64,000 nucleotides of DNA from Promethearchaeia archaeon. Its GTDB lineage: Archaea; Asgardarchaeota; Lokiarchaeia; Sigyniarchaeales; SOKP01. The notes under the pieces were generated by a model. That model saw nothing but the letters and a program-made list of their open reading frames with translations, ran no database searches and had not been told where the DNA came from. The DNA lies in NCBI GenBank assembly GCA_029856235.1, contig JAHQWP010000193.1, forward strand, positions 9,646-73,645, given 5' to 3'. Shown here piece after piece: positions 8,862-18,371 of the stretch. The translations under genes were made by a program, and so were the position numbers. The stretch's first letter is position 1, and every line of letters starts with the position of its first letter.

Positions 8862-9698
8862 TTATTTTTTAATGTAGTACTCGTCGTAGAATTCAGCGTT
8901 TTCACGAAGTTCCTTCTCCGTACAAAGATTTCCGTGTCCAGGAACATAAATTGCGATATCTTTTTCAGCATATTCTATTAAAATATCACGAAGGTGTTCA
9001 GGATCTGGGGGGTGTGGTACCCCTTCAGCAGCAGTAGCCCAACTGGGATCTGTTTCCTCGAATAATAAATCTCCCATAAAACAGATTTTTTCCTTTTCGA
9101 AGTAAGCTATAATATCTCCTTTTGAGTGAGCCGCTCCTATGTAAATTATTTGAACTTGGTTTTTAGTGCCTTTAATTGTAAAGGAATCGTTAATAATAAA
9201 ATCTGGTAACCTTAAACTAAAACTCGGTTCCTTAATTTCGTTCCATGTATTTACATCATTCTTCAATTCCAGTATTTTATTTGGATCTTTCTCGTTTAAC
9301 AATAATTCTTCTGTTCTTTTAATTTCTTCGGGGGCTCTTTCTTTAAAATCTTTAACTCGTGTCCCTAAAGTTTGTTGCGCTTCTATGAGAGCTTCAGAAC
9401 TGCTAATAATAGGTACGTTCATAGGGAATTTACGATTTCCGAATAAATGATCCATATGATGGTGACTGTTTATTAGAAAAGATGGTTCTTTGTTTGTAAA
9501 TTGTTTTGACGCTTTGATGAGATCAACAGTAGAGTAAGGATCCATGAGCGCATCGAACACTACTAAATAATTCCCAAGATCAAAAAATCCCGCATTTGAA
9601 GTAGGCATTTTTTCTGCTGAGATTGCCGCAAATATCCCTGAACTTAATTCGTAGAGATCAAAGTATATTGACTCAAATTCCAATTTTGTAGCTTCCAC
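8862..9698 (-). CDS. MBL-fold metallo-hydrolase
   Basis: HxHxDH motif NSHHHMDH, a later AAHSKGD, and C-terminal PGHG. Confidence 0.8.
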   Translation of the reverse strand: MEATKLEFESIYFDLYELSSGIFAAISAEKMPTSNAGFFDLGNYLVVFDALMDPYSTVDLIKASKQFTNKEPSFLINSHHHMDHLFGNRKFPMNVPIISSSEALIEAQQTLGTRVKDFKERAPEEIKRTEELLLNEKDPNKILELKNDVNTWNEIKEPSFSLRLPDFIINDSFTIKGTKNQVQIIYIGAAHSKGDIIAYFEKEKICFMGDLLFEETDPSWATAAEGVPHPPDPEHLRDILIEYAEKDIAIYVPGHGNLCTEKELRENAEFYDEYYIKK

Positions 9699-9701
9699 TT
9701 T

Positions 9702-10031
9702 TTAATCACCTCTTTCGGAAACACGTTCTAATTTAAAACAAACGGGACGAATTCCATCTGGACAGGCGGTATAGATCATATCCTTTCCAGTCCAGTTAGG
9801 AAAACCACCCCCAGATTGTAAAATTGCTATATTTTTGTAAAGCCCATACCACGCGTGGTGACAGAATCCCTCTGGCATATTCCCCGATTCACTAACGGTG
9901 AACTCAAGGCCTTCTTTCATTCCACATTTCTCAATTGGAGTCCCATCAGCTCGGATAAACTCCTTTCCTATAACATCTTCGGGACCAAATTGTTTTACTA
10001 CGGTTATTTTAACATCATTCATCTTAACCAC
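9702..10031 (-). CDS. Small Cys-containing protein, TIGR04076-like (function unknown)
   Basis: It is 109 aa with the pattern KCGMKEG..F.V....MPEGFCHHAW.......GG.F.....D..YTACPDGIRPVCFKLERV, which I recall as TIGR04076-like. It lies 3 nt from the MBL gene, so they probably form an operon. Confidence 0.45.
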   Translation of the reverse strand: MVKMNDVKITVVKQFGPEDVIGKEFIRADGTPIEKCGMKEGLEFTVSESGNMPEGFCHHAWYGLYKNIAILQSGGGFPNWTGKDMIYTACPDGIRPVCFKLERVSERGD

Positions 10032-10288
10032 TTTTAATTTCTCAAGATTTTGTTATTATTTAATATTAGATGATAATTTCATCATTATGTATAATTAACA
10101 TTAAGGGTATTAATAGTGTTAATGTTCGAAGTTCGTATAAAGTTCGAATCAAAGCGGAATCTATTCAAAACGAAGTCAGCATTATTTCATTTTATTTCAT
10201 AGGTCATAAATAAAAAATTTAAGTACGATCAAAATAAGTATTAATTAAAAAAATCTAAAGAAATTAAAAAAAAATAAGGTGAATTTAT

Positions 10289-10663
10289 TTGACAACCGAT
10301 ACAGATATGTTAGAAGAATTGAAGAAAATTCGAGAACTCCTGACTCCAGTACCGCCACCACCAAAAGAAAAACCAAAAAATCTAGCGAAAGAATTTTTAG
10401 AATTTATCAAAGAGTATAAAATTCTTGGTCTTGCATCTGCTTTCATACTCGGTCTTGCCGTAAATGCTTTAATTCTTTCCTTAGCCCAAGATATTATAAC
10501 TCCTATAATCGGACTCCTTGTGCCTGGATTTGAAGATCTTTCATCGTTCAAGATTGGAGTATTTAGGCTAGGGAATTTTCTTGCTGCTATCATCAATTTC
10601 ATAATAATAGCATTAATAATATTCCTTATTGTAAAATTTGCTTCAAAGATAGGAATTGAATAA
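10289..10663 (+). CDS. mscL: Large-conductance mechanosensitive channel MscL with an N-terminal extension
   Basis: KEFLEFIKEYKILGLASAFILGLAVNALILSLAQDIITPIIGLL... parallels E. coli MscL [44 protein letters not shown]. There is a second TM helix near the C-terminus. Confidence 0.8.
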   Translation: MTTDTDMLEELKKIRELLTPVPPPPKEKPKNLAKEFLEFIKEYKILGLASAFILGLAVNALILSLAQDIITPIIGLLVPGFEDLSSFKIGVFRLGNFLAAIINFIIIALIIFLIVKFASKIGIE

Positions 10664-10756
10664 TCTCTCAATCAATATTTTTTTTTATTTTATGTTCTCA
10701 TTCCGTAGAATTTTGAAATTATTTAAGATTTTAAAGTACTGAGCACTAGAGATATT

Positions 10757-11278
10757 ATGGTTGAATTTCTCCCTATTAATTTAGACTTGCATAAATCACA
10801 CTTAATTAAACTAACCGAGGAATATTTTACTTGGATCAATGATGAAGTACAGAAACATTATACCATTGATACGTTTTCGATAATAGGAGAAAGCATCCTT
10901 GAATACTCAGAGAGAACTCTTGAAGATTTAACATCTTATATACCACCTGAGGGTATTTACTACATTATACAAAACGATGGCTCCGTAATCGGAATGGGCG
11001 CACTGAGAACAATAAAAAAGGGAATTGGAGAAATTAAGAGAATGTACATAAGACCGAACTATAGGGGAAATGGTTATGGAAAAAAAATCTTAGAAATATT
11101 ATTAGAAAAGGGAAAAGAATTCGGCTTTTCTTCGATTCGCCTGGATACAGGAGAATTTATGGCTGCTGCGCAAAAAGTGTATCGATTAGCGGGATTTCAG
11201 GAAAGAGAGCGATATCTTGAGAGCGAAGTACCAACTTCTTTTTTACCCCACTGGTTATTCATGGAGAAATTGGTTTAA
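10757..11278 (+). CDS. GNAT family N-acetyltransferase
   Basis: Acetyl-CoA binding motif IRPNYRGNGYGKKILE, with a 173-aa GNAT-like layout. Confidence 0.8.
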   Translation: MVEFLPINLDLHKSHLIKLTEEYFTWINDEVQKHYTIDTFSIIGESILEYSERTLEDLTSYIPPEGIYYIIQNDGSVIGMGALRTIKKGIGEIKRMYIRPNYRGNGYGKKILEILLEKGKEFGFSSIRLDTGEFMAAAQKVYRLAGFQERERYLESEVPTSFLPHWLFMEKLV

Positions 11279-11371
11279 AGATAGTATTTTTCGAAAGACT
11301 AATTGCATATAATTCCTATTTTTTAATTCAATAAATTATAAAAGCTTGTTTTCTCTTATTTACCGTGAACT

Positions 11372-11998
11372 ATGAGCCAAAAAAAGTTAAAGATTATCGT
11401 ATTCTCTGATTATATTTGCCCTTTTTGTTACATCGGATTTTATCGCGTAGAGCAGCTTAAAGAAAATTTTGATATTGAAGTTGAGTGGCGACCTTTTGAG
11501 ATTCATCCGGAAACTCCAAAAGAGGGCACTGAGTTGAAAAATTTGCCCTTTCCTAAAGAATATTTAGAGATGATGATGTCTAATATTGTAAAGCTTGCAG
11601 ACGACGTCGGTATAACACTAAAGCTTACAGATAAGCTACCAAATTCTCGGTTAGCATTGTATTTCTCGGAATTTGCAAGGCAAAAAGGAAAATTTGACGA
11701 GTTCCACAAGTTAGTGTTCGATGCGTACTGGAAAGATGGTCAGGATATCGGCAATCAGGATTTTTTATTGAGTATTGCAGAATCAATCGGTTTTAAAAGG
11801 AGTGAAATTCTTGAATATATTGATAGCGAAGAGCCTTATGAGGAGTTAAAGAAATCGCTTAGAGAATTAAGGAAATACGGAATAAATGGCGTACCAACAT
11901 TTATTATTGGTGATAGAATAGTAGTTGGAGCTCAACCTTACGAGGTTTTTGAGAATGTTATAAGAATTGGTCTTGAAACTGATCCAGTATTATTATAA
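11372..11998 (+). CDS. DsbA-family (FrnE/HCCA-isomerase-like) thiol oxidoreductase
   Basis: N-terminal FSDYICPFCY (CxxC) and C-terminal GINGVPTFIIGD, typical of DsbA-like thioredoxin folds. Confidence 0.75.
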   Translation: MSQKKLKIIVFSDYICPFCYIGFYRVEQLKENFDIEVEWRPFEIHPETPKEGTELKNLPFPKEYLEMMMSNIVKLADDVGITLKLTDKLPNSRLALYFSEFARQKGKFDEFHKLVFDAYWKDGQDIGNQDFLLSIAESIGFKRSEILEYIDSEEPYEELKKSLRELRKYGINGVPTFIIGDRIVVGAQPYEVFENVIRIGLETDPVLL

Positions 11999-12074
11999 TT
12001 ATAAAATAATAAGGTATTATTAAAAACTAAAAAAATATTCTTAAGTACTATACATATAAATTTTGGTCATAAAA

Positions 12075-12452
12075 ATGGATAGAAAAAATTTATGGTTAAT
12101 TCTCGGCGCTTTTAACGGCGCCTTTGCCGTTTTAGCGGGTGCTTATGGGGCACACATTATAGGTGGAAATCAGCTTAATCCTACTCTCATAACCATGCAA
12201 AAAGCTGTGAGATATCAAATGTATCACGCGATCGCTTTAGTAATTGTTGCGTTATTAGCAAGAAATATTGAATTAAAAATGGTTGATATCTCAGGATGGT
12301 TATTTTTAATCGGCATCATCCTTTTCAGTGGGAGCTTATACATCATTGTCTTCACAGGTATGCAATGGATTGAATTTCTAACTCCTATCGGTGGTTTTGC
12401 GTTCACCTTTGGGTGGTTGGGCCTGATGTATGTAGGATTCAAGAGTAAATGA
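12075..12452 (+). CDS. DUF423-family small membrane protein
   Basis: Four TM helices with GAYGAH and YQMYHA motifs. I prefer ATG 12075 over the upstream TTG 12063 used in the track. Confidence 0.6.
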   Translation: MDRKNLWLILGAFNGAFAVLAGAYGAHIIGGNQLNPTLITMQKAVRYQMYHAIALVIVALLARNIELKMVDISGWLFLIGIILFSGSLYIIVFTGMQWIEFLTPIGGFAFTFGWLGLMYVGFKSK

Positions 12453-12547
12453 CACAGATAAAATGCAATAGTTAAAAGTGATTTTATTTCTTTTCTATTT
12501 TTTTATACATTTCTTTTAAGTAAAAATAAAAAAAAAAATCTATTAGA

Positions 12548-13027
12548 TTATTCAACTCGGGGAAGTTTTTGTTCCCGAAAAACTAGTACGATTGAAGTTA
12601 TTGACAAGGCTATTACTATAATATCGCTTGTAATACGTAAGGGTAATATTATACTCGTGTACCCTCCTAATGTTAGAACTATCAAAGCCCTAATCCCGAT
12701 AAAAAGAGCTAGCCCCGAAAATATCGATACTATCATTGGCATAGCTTTTGTTCTTTTAAGAGCCAATGTTAATGCCCCGAAAACGGCATAAATTATTGCG
12801 TTAATTATTCCTACAAAAATCATAGCAAAGAAAAAAATAAGTCCGGCAACTAAACCGGCAACAGCACCTGCAATTGCTTCGCCTATATTTCCAGCACTGA
12901 TATCTATCCCAAAGTTAAAAAGGACTGCTAATGAATCAATTTCCAGAAATAATAAAGCAAAGATCGTAACGGTGCTAACAAGTAGCAATATTCCTACAAC
13001 AATTCTGAACGTTCTGTCTACATTCAT
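12548..13027 (-). CDS. Polytopic membrane protein, unknown function
   Basis: It is 159 aa and almost entirely hydrophobic, with Gly/Ala-rich helices. I recognise no family motif. Confidence 0.4.
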   Translation of the reverse strand: MNVDRTFRIVVGILLLVSTVTIFALLFLEIDSLAVLFNFGIDISAGNIGEAIAGAVAGLVAGLIFFFAMIFVGIINAIIYAVFGALTLALKRTKAMPMIVSIFSGLALFIGIRALIVLTLGGYTSIILPLRITSDIIVIALSITSIVLVFREQKLPRVE

Positions 13028-13174
13028 AATTAGATTTCACTTATATTTTAGATTTCAACGAAATAATTTTGATATTTGAAATTATTAATGATATAAATCT
13101 TTAAATATGTTTCTACAAAAGTGTGTAAGAAGAAAATTTATTTGAAATTCTAAATTTTATCAATTGCTGAGAAT

Positions 13175-14059
13175 ATGGTTGTTCAAAAGATATATCACTG
13201 TAACAATGAAATTTTAGAGTGGAAATGGTCCTCAGATAACAAATTAATGCCACAACCCTTTTGGACTTCAGTATTTTTAATTGATGGTCTGTTAATCGAC
13301 GCGGGTCCTCCAGGTGGGGTTGAAGATCTTCGAAATTTTGTCAAGTCTCTTGATTCCGACGATATGATTGAAAAATGTGTCATTACCCATAATCACGAAG
13401 ATCATTGTGGCGGGGGTCGAATGCTTCAAGAAGAATTTAATATTCCCGTCTTTGCAAGTAAACTTGCCATTCCATTACTATTGAAAGAAAAAGACTACCC
13501 CGATTATCGTCAAATGACCTGGGGCGAGAATTATCAGCCATTTAAAGCTGAACTATTAAAAAGTTCAATTTATTCTAAATCTGGTAAATATTTTTTTGAT
13601 GTACTAGATACACCTGGACACGCTCTTGAACAAATTAGTTTAATTGAACGAAAACAACAATGGGCATTTATCACCGACGCAGTAATGCCAAAATACCAAA
13701 TGATATTTGGTAGAGATACAGATATTCCCGAAGACATCTCCTTGATATATCAATCTATTAAAATCTTATATGAATTCACAGATAAAATGAATGATTTGCT
13801 TCTCTTTACTTCAGGGAAGGGAATTTTTAAAGGCAGAAAGTTTCTAAAAGAAAAAATGGATGAGATTAGTTCACTTCATCTGGAAGCTCATAAATTCCAA
13901 GACGAAGCCAAACAACAAGGCCTTCATGGTAACCAAATTTTACGGTATGCCTTAAAAAAAATGTATACACGAGAAAACTTTATAGGCACACTTACTCGAG
14001 GAGGATTATCTCATAAAAATCTAATAATATCTTTGCTCGAATGGTCCATAGATTATTAA
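13175..14059 (+). CDS. MBL-fold metallo-hydrolase
   Basis: THNHEDHCGG (HxHxDH) and DTPGHA motifs. Confidence 0.75.
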   Translation: MVVQKIYHCNNEILEWKWSSDNKLMPQPFWTSVFLIDGLLIDAGPPGGVEDLRNFVKSLDSDDMIEKCVITHNHEDHCGGGRMLQEEFNIPVFASKLAIPLLLKEKDYPDYRQMTWGENYQPFKAELLKSSIYSKSGKYFFDVLDTPGHALEQISLIERKQQWAFITDAVMPKYQMIFGRDTDIPEDISLIYQSIKILYEFTDKMNDLLLFTSGKGIFKGRKFLKEKMDEISSLHLEAHKFQDEAKQQGLHGNQILRYALKKMYTRENFIGTLTRGGLSHKNLIISLLEWSIDY

Positions 14060-15298
14060 CTAATTTTTAGCCAATTGTATACTACATGGAAAAAGAGCTG
14101 CTTTTGGAGAAACTCCATGAACTCTGGATAATTCTTCTATTAAATTATTCCATTTTTTATATAATTTCACTGATTTTGGATAAAAATGATTTAAATCAGG
14201 CTTGCTTATATTTGGAGAAAAGAAATATACTTGTCTTCTTTTGACAATACCTTTCCATACGAGACCATCTCCAATATTTTTATATAGCTTAGCTCCTGTT
14301 TCAGCAATTAGACTATGATATCCTCGTCCTTCGTATGAGGACGCCATTAGAACAATACTACCCTTACTATCGAGAATATTATTTGGAGCGGTCATTAAAA
14401 AATTGAATCCCTTAATCGATTGATTTAGTTCAGAATCCTCAGGGAATAGATTAAAGAAGCAAATTTGATTGTTAAGAGTGATTTTTGTAGCATAATTCCA
14501 TTTTCCTATTTCCATTGCTTTTCTATGGGCGTCTCTGAAATGTCCCGAACTCAAGGCCGCAATTTCTCCAGATTCCGTTAGGATGGCATTAATAGAAAAA
14601 TCCAACCTAACTTTATCGGCAATATCCTCGATATCTTTTCGAATATCTGTCATCCGACCGATCCCAGCACCAACTCCTCGCATGCCAGCAGAATGATTGG
14701 CCTCAAGCGTTCGAATACCACATACTCCAGGCAATACATTTTTAGCACCTCCGCCAAATCCGGCTAATGGATGAGGAATCACGCCCCCGATCGAAATTTT
14801 TAAATCAGCATCTACATATGTGGAATTAACTTCTATAGGCGTGCCTATCTTGGATTCACCAAGGTTCGTCAAGTTTTCGTAAGGATGGTGGTTTTCTATG
14901 TTAATTTGATTTACCACATCTATTCCGAGTTTAAGAATACAATCATGTCTATTCATTGGCTTATGAGCGCCTAAAGCCAGTAAGATAGTGATCTGATCAA
15001 TATTTATATTTGCTTTATCTAATTCTTCAAGGACATGAGGAATAATTCTTGATACGGGAGTAGATCTTGTCATATCATCAACGACAATAACTACAGCTTC
15101 CTTGTCTTTTGCTAACTCCGATATCCTTTGAGCTCCAATAGGATTTAAAATTGAGTGTTTAATCTCGTTATCATTTAAAACAGGTCCATCAGCACCTTCC
15201 ATCCTACAAGCGGTTACATCCCACGAATCGGGAAACGATAATTCTAAATACTCAGGCTCTCTCCACGCGGCCCAAGGGATTTGATAAGACTTTACCAT
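14060..15298 (-). CDS. LarA-like (nickel-dependent lactate racemase family, DUF2088) protein
   Basis: VVIVVDDMTRSTP, LLALGAHKP and GGVIPHPLAGFGGGAKNVLPG follow the LarA N-terminal and catalytic-domain pattern. Confidence 0.7.
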   Translation of the reverse strand: MVKSYQIPWAAWREPEYLELSFPDSWDVTACRMEGADGPVLNDNEIKHSILNPIGAQRISELAKDKEAVVIVVDDMTRSTPVSRIIPHVLEELDKANINIDQITILLALGAHKPMNRHDCILKLGIDVVNQINIENHHPYENLTNLGESKIGTPIEVNSTYVDADLKISIGGVIPHPLAGFGGGAKNVLPGVCGIRTLEANHSAGMRGVGAGIGRMTDIRKDIEDIADKVRLDFSINAILTESGEIAALSSGHFRDAHRKAMEIGKWNYATKITLNNQICFFNLFPEDSELNQSIKGFNFLMTAPNNILDSKGSIVLMASSYEGRGYHSLIAETGAKLYKNIGDGLVWKGIVKRRQVYFFSPNISKPDLNHFYPKSVKLYKKWNNLIEELSRVHGVSPKAALFPCSIQLAKN

Positions 15299-15435
15299 TT
15301 ATTTACAGACTAAACTATTAAATTATTAATATAAATTTTATTTGATTTTAATTGTCAAAGATATTAAATAAAATATTTGAAAAGAAGTTAGAAAATTTCT
15401 AAATTAGAATAAAACAGAAAGGAAAAAAAATAGAT

Positions 15436-16278
15436 TTAATATTTCTTCAGTTTTTTCCATATAAGGATTGCTACAACTGATAGAATACCAAGGAGAAAGA
15501 ATAGATTATAACCTGGAATGCCTGGTATTTGATCATCGTTCGAATTAATGCTGCTAATCGTAATATTGTCCCAGTACGCTATAGGTCCATACATTGCCTT
15601 CACTCCAATAAAACCAGAGGTGAAGAAAACTCCTGAAAATGAAAGTACTAAGGAATTATTCAGATGAAATTCTACATCAGCTCCAGTTGATATGAGTTTA
15701 AAGTGATACCATTGGCTATTGCTAAAGTTATAAGATACAATTTTATGAGTGGCTTGATAATTTTGTGTGGAATATAATATTATACTGTTTTTTCTATCAC
15801 CGGGGTCATCATAGAAAAGTGTCAGTTGGCAGTAATGCCCTTGGTCTACGCCTAGAGAAATATTATGAATATTAAATATTATTTGCATTTCAGTACCAGA
15901 AACGAGGTTGAAATCACCTTCATAGATATAGTTGTGAAATGTTTGATTATTATAATAACTCCTCACGCGTTCCCCCGGAGCACCTGTGGCTTTATATCGA
16001 TCATTTTCAACAGTCCATGTCCCCCCGACAGTTTCCCAGAAATCCGCAACACCATCATCAAAATCTTCAGAATAAAGTAAAACATCTTGGGAAGTCTTTA
16101 AAGTATCCAAATCAATTATATCGTTATTTCTCGAACTCTTAACATTATTTTCTGCCGGGAAATTAAGATCGGTGGCAACAAATAGCATTAGACCAAATAC
16201 AATTCCTGAAGTGACCAAAATTATTGATGTTAATTTTGCTTTTGAATTCATTTTAACTAACTTTCCTAGCATATTCAT
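15436..16278 (-). CDS. Secreted or cell-surface protein with a LamG/DUF1080-like beta-sandwich and a C-terminal PGF-CTERM-like anchor
   Basis: It has an N-terminal signal/anchor helix. The motif DFWETVGGTWTVENDRYKATG is typical of DUF1080/LamG-like domains. The C-terminus is IPGIPGYNLFFLLGILSVVAILIWKKLKKY, i.e. PG(Y), a TM helix and a basic tail. Confidence 0.45.
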   Translation of the reverse strand: MNMLGKLVKMNSKAKLTSIILVTSGIVFGLMLFVATDLNFPAENNVKSSRNNDIIDLDTLKTSQDVLLYSEDFDDGVADFWETVGGTWTVENDRYKATGAPGERVRSYYNNQTFHNYIYEGDFNLVSGTEMQIIFNIHNISLGVDQGHYCQLTLFYDDPGDRKNSIILYSTQNYQATHKIVSYNFSNSQWYHFKLISTGADVEFHLNNSLVLSFSGVFFTSGFIGVKAMYGPIAYWDNITISSINSNDDQIPGIPGYNLFFLLGILSVVAILIWKKLKKY

Positions 16279-16429
16279 TCACCTTCTTCTTCTCTCTCAA
16301 ATTTAATTCTCAATTATAATTATCTTGAGTAATATAATATCTATTATCTATAGGGAATATAAAGATTATACTGAAATTAAGTAGTAAATCCTTATTTTTA
16401 CCGGCAGTTTTAAAACAAAAAATAATTAT

Positions 16430-16612
16430 AAATTACTTGGTTAATACCCATCTACTTTTACTATAGTACCACCCTCAGTATACTAGAGAACGAGTTCTCC
16501 GTATCTGGATTGACAGATATTAACAATCTTTTGCCCTCGATGCTTCTTTAATGCTCTTGAGAAACTTTACAAGAAAAATCTATATAGCTACTTTAATTCT
16601 TAAATAAGTCAT
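16430..16612 (+). pseudogene. Degenerate partial copy of the small zinc-ribbon gene at 20829..21050 (left arm of the direct repeat flanking the rSAM cassette)
   Basis: Identical runs are shared with 20772-21060, for example AAATTACTTGGTTAATACCCATCTA (16430-16454 = 20772-20796) and CACCCTCAGTATAC (16470-16483 = 20904-20917). Translated fragments HPQYTRERVLRIW and CPRCFFNALEKLYKKNLYSYFNS parallel HPQYTKERALLIW and CPKCFINAPEKPYKKNRYSYFNS. The start codon and first CxxC are deleted, and there are internal stops. Confidence 0.7.
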
Positions 16613-16944
16613 TAATGGATGAGTTGGGATAAATAGATCTCTAGAAAAAATATTATTTAATGTGATAGGAATTACTGCTTAAATTAATAATACTATGCAT
16701 CTGATATGGCTTTAATTGCTATCCTATTTTAAAATTAAATATTAAAAAAAAAAGAAATTATTTAATTATCATAATCGTGTGATCCATTGCTAGAGTGGCC
16801 TATTGATTATTGAATCTTCTTAGTGTTATCCAAAAATGTTAAATAACAACTCAGCTTATTTTAAAACATCCAATTTTCTAAAATATTTCGAAGTTTATAT
16901 CTGTACTTAAATAAACATAAAAAATTTGAATCCAAATCTAAAAT

Positions 16945-18048
16945 ATGCCAAGCTTAACCTCTTTAATATCTAAGATGATTAAACCAAGTTGCGCTGTATG
17001 GGAAATTACTCTAAAGTGTAATAGCAACTGCATTCATTGTGGTTCAAAAGCTGGGAAAGTTCGGCATGATGAATTAAGTACTGAAGAATCATTAAACTTA
17101 GTTAGGGATATCCGTGATTGTGGTTATAAGGGAATCGCTTTAATGGGAGGAGAACCATTAGTTAGAGACGATTGGTATGAAATCGCACGGGAGATTAAAA
17201 AAAATAAACTTGATTTATCGATTGTTACTAATGGATTAAATCTGATTGATAACCTTCAAAAGTTAAAAAGCTTAAAAGCTGACTGTGTCTCGCTAAGTTT
17301 GGATGGAGGGACAGCTAAAGTTCACGATTACCTTAGAGGAATTTCAGGAGCATTCGAAAAAACATTAAATGCGATTAACAGATTAAAAGAGGAAAAATTA
17401 CCTGTCAGCGTTATTACAACTGTAAGTAAAACGAATTTAAATGAACTAGATAAAATAAAAAAACTGTTATTAGATAGAGAGATTGCCTGGCAAATTCAGA
17501 TTGCACTTCCTATTGGACGTTTTCCAAGAGAATTGACTATATCCAGAGAAGAGTTTTACACTGTAGCGTTATTCATTGCTATAAATGTTAAAAAATATTC
17601 TTATAAAAGATTGCCAGTTATTGGTGCTCACTGTTTCGGTCATTTTTCAAGGTTCATACCTAATCTAGGGTTGGATCCATGGATTGGATGCCAAGCAGGA
17701 ATATCTGTTTTAGGAATTCAGAGTAATGGGAACATTAAGGGATGTTTAACGCTCCCCGATGAATTTATCGAAGGCAATATTAGAACGCAGAGATTGAAGA
17801 CGATTCTGGAAAAATTAAGGTTAAAACAAATACAGGTAAAAGGCTATTGCACAGATTGTGATTTGACAAATTCATGTCGGGGAGGATGTTTGGGAACAGC
17901 TTATGCATTAAAAGAATTTGAAGAGCCTTATTGCTTAAGAGCAATAGAAAATAAAATGTTTTCATCGAAACAATTCCCAATGAAAGGAAAATTGGATTCA
18001 ACTATTTCGTCCTTAAGGAATATGTTTCATACCTTAATATTCAAATAA
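16945..18048 (+). CDS. Radical SAM / SPASM-domain peptide-maturase-like enzyme
   Basis: CNSNCIHC (CX3CX2C) lies near the N-terminus, with the GGEP motif (MGGEPL). The C-terminal Cys-rich SPASM-like region reads GCQAG...GNIKGC...CTDCDLTNSCRGGCLG. Confidence 0.85.
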   Translation: MPSLTSLISKMIKPSCAVWEITLKCNSNCIHCGSKAGKVRHDELSTEESLNLVRDIRDCGYKGIALMGGEPLVRDDWYEIAREIKKNKLDLSIVTNGLNLIDNLQKLKSLKADCVSLSLDGGTAKVHDYLRGISGAFEKTLNAINRLKEEKLPVSVITTVSKTNLNELDKIKKLLLDREIAWQIQIALPIGRFPRELTISREEFYTVALFIAINVKKYSYKRLPVIGAHCFGHFSRFIPNLGLDPWIGCQAGISVLGIQSNGNIKGCLTLPDEFIEGNIRTQRLKTILEKLRLKQIQVKGYCTDCDLTNSCRGGCLGTAYALKEFEEPYCLRAIENKMFSSKQFPMKGKLDSTISSLRNMFHTLIFK

Positions 18049-18082
18049 ACCGAAAATAAACGTTAATGGAGGTAGCTTAAAA

Positions 18083-18334
18083 ATGATAGACAATCTTTTT
18101 CAATTGGTTAAAATAGGTAAAGAATTAGGATTAAGTAAAAAAGAAATTACTAAAGTATTACTATTTAACAATACTAAGAACCCGATACTATATACGATCT
18201 TAATGATAATAGCAATTATCTTTTCAGGGATAATCATTATTTTTTTAGCAATTGTAGTCTCAAGAAATATCTATCCCGCTGGAACATTATATTCTACGGT
18301 AAAAACAAAGGATTTCAAAGCTAAAAAAAAATAG
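18083..18334 (+). CDS. Small membrane-tethered peptide A (precursor-like; conserved C-terminal YPAGTLYSTVKTKDF motif)
   Basis: GGAGG lies 10 nt upstream of the ATG. The 83-aa product has an N-terminal IGKELGLSKKEIT, one TM helix, then NIYPAGTLYSTVKTKDFKAKKK. It is a paralog of 19836..20105. Confidence 0.6.
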   Translation: MIDNLFQLVKIGKELGLSKKEITKVLLFNNTKNPILYTILMIIAIIFSGIIIIFLAIVVSRNIYPAGTLYSTVKTKDFKAKKK

Positions 18335-18371
18335 AATGGCAAATTTCAAATAAGGAGAGTTTATTTAGAAA

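Noticed and set aside
8789-8971. A 60-aa ORF between or overlapping the MoxR start and the end of the MBL gene.
   Set aside because: It overlaps the 3' end of the motif-supported MBL hydrolase gene in another frame, and its sequence is low-complexity and Phe/Asn-rich.
10285-10671. A 128-aa minus-strand ORF exactly antisense to mscL.
   Set aside because: The plus-strand translation has clear MscL motifs, whereas the antisense product has no recognisable features. It is a mirror ORF artefact.
16279-16944. TATA-like boxes (for example TTTATAT about 50 nt upstream of the rSAM ATG), and similar boxes upstream of many genes, considered as promoter calls.
   Set aside because: TATA-like heptamers occur by chance every few dozen bases at this base composition. 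Without transcription-start data I cannot support individual promoter calls.
16945-18048. The rSAM/SPASM enzyme might be the anaerobic sulfatase-maturating enzyme for the Cys-type sulfatase at 55847..57145.
   Set aside because: It lies 38 kb away and is embedded in its own tight cassette with motif-sharing small ORFs. Its N-terminal cluster context (KCNSNCIHCGS) does not resemble the anSME pattern I remember. I cannot fully exclude the idea without phylogeny.
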